From NCBI GenBank assembly GCA_963664815.2, contig CAXXHB010000003.1:2816001-2880000 (forward strand): a stretch of 64,000 nucleotides of DNA, read 5' to 3'. Of this stretch, positions 62,035 through 64,000 are shown piece after piece. A program made the translations under genes and the position numbers. Below the pieces are notes generated by a model. It did not search any database. It saw only the letters and a list, made by a program, of their open reading frames with translations, and was not told the origin of the DNA. Position 1 is the first letter of the stretch, and every line of letters begins with the position of its first letter. This DNA comes from Spirochaetota bacterium. Its GTDB lineage: Bacteria > Spirochaetota > UBA4802 > UBA5550.

Positions 62035-64000
62035 ATGAAGCAAACTGAAATATCCTCAATAAAATCCAGGCTAATGAGAAATTTTATACTATGCTTTCTT
62101 GTTTACCCACTGCTCATGTTAAGTGTGATAATAGTAAGTACAAATATCATTGAAATGAAAAAGATATTATTACTTATGACTCTAATCAGTATCCCTGTTA
62201 TATTAATCATTTTTTATATATACCACCTTATAACAAAAAAACTTCAATATCTAATTAATAATAATGTAACCGACAATGAGTCTTTGGCATTTGCAAAAAA
62301 AATTCCGATTTCTACAACATTTCTTTTTTTTATCCCACTCTTTTTCTGTTCAATAATTGTTTCGGTTATCTCTTACATACAGGGAATCCTCGTTACACCC
62401 TTTCAACTTTTATTTTTCATCATTATTGATATACTTATAGCAATCTGCGTCACACTATTTCATTACTACAGATTTAAAATAATACTCTACCCGATTACCA
62501 GCGCTAATCAACTGAAATCACTTGCTGTCTTTGAAAAAATTATGGTACCTATTCTCAGCTTCATAATGCTTGTATTAATTTACGTCTTTGTTGGTATTTA
62601 TGCCGTCAATGTTAACCGTACAATATCTTACTATAAAAAATCAACCGCCTCTGATACTGAGATAATGGCTTTAAAAATTGATAATACGTTTGACAATATA
62701 TCAATTGAACTAAGCTCCTACATCAAAAACATCAATCCCGAAAGTCTTTCTCTGAAAGCTTCATTCTCTGCTGCACAGGGGTTCTATGCCGCTAAAATCA
62801 ACAAAAACATTGAAACTATTTTATTATCAAAAACAAATGGAGAATCATACACAAACTTGACTAATATTATCAATCTTTCGGATAGACAATATTTTAAAGA
62901 TATGACAGAAAACAAATCAATATCATGGTCTTCAGAACTAATAAAAAGCAAAGATACCGGAAATAAAATATTGGTATGTGCTGTTCCAAAATTAATTAAT
63001 AATAAATTTTCGGGATCTATTGCAGCAACAATTAACACTGAAAACATACAGCAAATAGTTAATGAATCAAGCAGTAATGAAGAAACCAAGTATATGCTTA
63101 TCAACAGTCTGGGTAAAATTATATACCATCCGGACCCAATGCTTATCGATAAAGTTCTTGGGGTGGATCTTACGGATAAGAATGGAAAGGATTTAAAAAA
63201 TTTTGTTTCAGGTTCCGACAAAGAATTTCACCATTTTATAATAAATAACAAACCTCTTCTTGCCAGAAAAATAAAATTGCCCTCCACCGGATATTTTCTC
63301 GTATCTATAAGTTATGAAAATTATCTTATGAAACCTGTTAACTCCACAATTATCAGTATCATATTTTTCATCCTCTTTAATAATATAATTGCATTTATTA
63401 TCATTTACAAATCGGGGAAAAGTTTCTCTGTCCCGATACAAAACACAATAAGTATATTCAGAAAACTCTCAAATGGGGATCTTACTTCAAGAAGTAACGA
63501 TTACCTTCATGATGAATTCGGTGACATGATAAGGAATATGAAAATTTTCCAGGATAAAATAAAACAAGTCGTTGAACAGACTATGCATGCCTCCGTACAA
63601 CTTGCATCATCAGCTGATGAGCTGGCAGCCACAAGTTCCAACCTTTCAGAGGGTGCTCAATCACAGGCTGCAGCTCTTGAAGAAGCCACCGCATCACTTG
63701 AAGAGATTTCGGCATCAAATGATATGATAGCTGAAAATTCACGCCTTCAGTCCAGTCATTCAAAAGAAACATATAATACTATGGAAGAGCTTGGTACTTT
63801 TATAATATCCGTTAATAACGACGCACTCTCCGCTCTTAAAGTAGCAAATGTCACAACAAACGAGGCAAAAAAGGGTAATGATCTCATGCAGAATACAATC
63901 AAAGGAATAAACAGCATAGAGGAGAATTCCCTGAAAATTGCCGAAATGGTGACCATGATAAGTGATATATCTGACAGAGTAAACCTGCTGGCTTTAAACG
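62035..64000 (+). CDS. Methyl-accepting chemotaxis protein (multi-TM N-terminus, Cache, HAMP, signalling domain), truncated at window end; not in ORF track
   Basis: GGAG RBS, ATG 62035; LSDRQYFK and IIYHPD (Cache), GDLT...DEFG (HAMP), QAAALEEATASLEEIS and NLLALN (MCP). Confidence 0.93.
   Translation, partial: MKQTEISSIKSRLMRNFILCFLVYPLLMLSVIIVSTNIIEMKKILLLMTLISIPVILIIFYIYHLITKKLQYLINNNVTDNESLAFAKKIPISTTFLFFIPLFFCSIIVSVISYIQGILVTPFQLLFFIIIDILIAICVTLFHYYRFKIILYPITSANQLKSLAVFEKIMVPILSFIMLVLIYVFVGIYAVNVNRTISYYKKSTASDTEIMALKIDNTFDNISIELSSYIKNINPESLSLKASFSAAQGFYAAKINKNIETILLSKTNGESYTNLTNIINLSDRQYFKDMTENKSISWSSELIKSKDTGNKILVCAVPKLINNKFSGSIAATINTENIQQIVNESSSNEETKYMLINSLGKIIYHPDPMLIDKVLGVDLTDKNGKDLKNFVSGSDKEFHHFIINNKPLLARKIKLPSTGYFLVSISYENYLMKPVNSTIISIIFFILFNNIIAFIIIYKSGKSFSVPIQNTISIFRKLSNGDLTSRSNDYLHDEFGDMIRNMKIFQDKIKQVVEQTMHASVQLASSADELAATSSNLSEGAQSQAAALEEATASLEEISASNDMIAENSRLQSSHSKETYNTMEELGTFIISVNNDALSALKVANVTTNEAKKGNDLMQNTIKGINSIEENSLKIAEMVTMISDISDRVNLLALN

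Overview
AT-rich chromosomal segment of a spirochaete. The periplasmic-flagellum collar gene flbB, a LipL31-like lipoprotein beside mfd, and many lipoproteins point to a Leptospirae-like lineage. The short ThiC, hemerythrin and DUF362/ferredoxin pair suggest an anaerobe or microaerophile. The window is mostly housekeeping: thiC, pyrG, mfd, a stand-alone fusA, rimI, engB, the flgBC-fliEFGHIJ-flbB cluster, sppA, trpEG, envelope genes and an MCP truncated at the right edge. Non-coding features: RNase P RNA, a c-di-AMP (ydaO/yuaA) riboswitch before a KimA-like transporter, a trp leader peptide/attenuator, several terminators and a MITE with nested palindromes. No transposase, integrase, reverse transcriptase or CRISPR array is seen. 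The most unusual element is a ~1.1 kb module upstream of flgB: a small basic, phage-like/HMG-like protein gene whose stop codon is flanked by head-to-head arrays of 11-bp helically phased repeats, with structured palindromic DNA on both sides. Also notable: a LolA-fold + POTRA/beta-barrel gene pair, a catalytically degenerate GAF-PP2C protein, perfect operator-like palindromes at the trpE and hemerythrin promoters, and small ORFs missed by the ORF track. All calls are from manual motif recognition; no searches were run.
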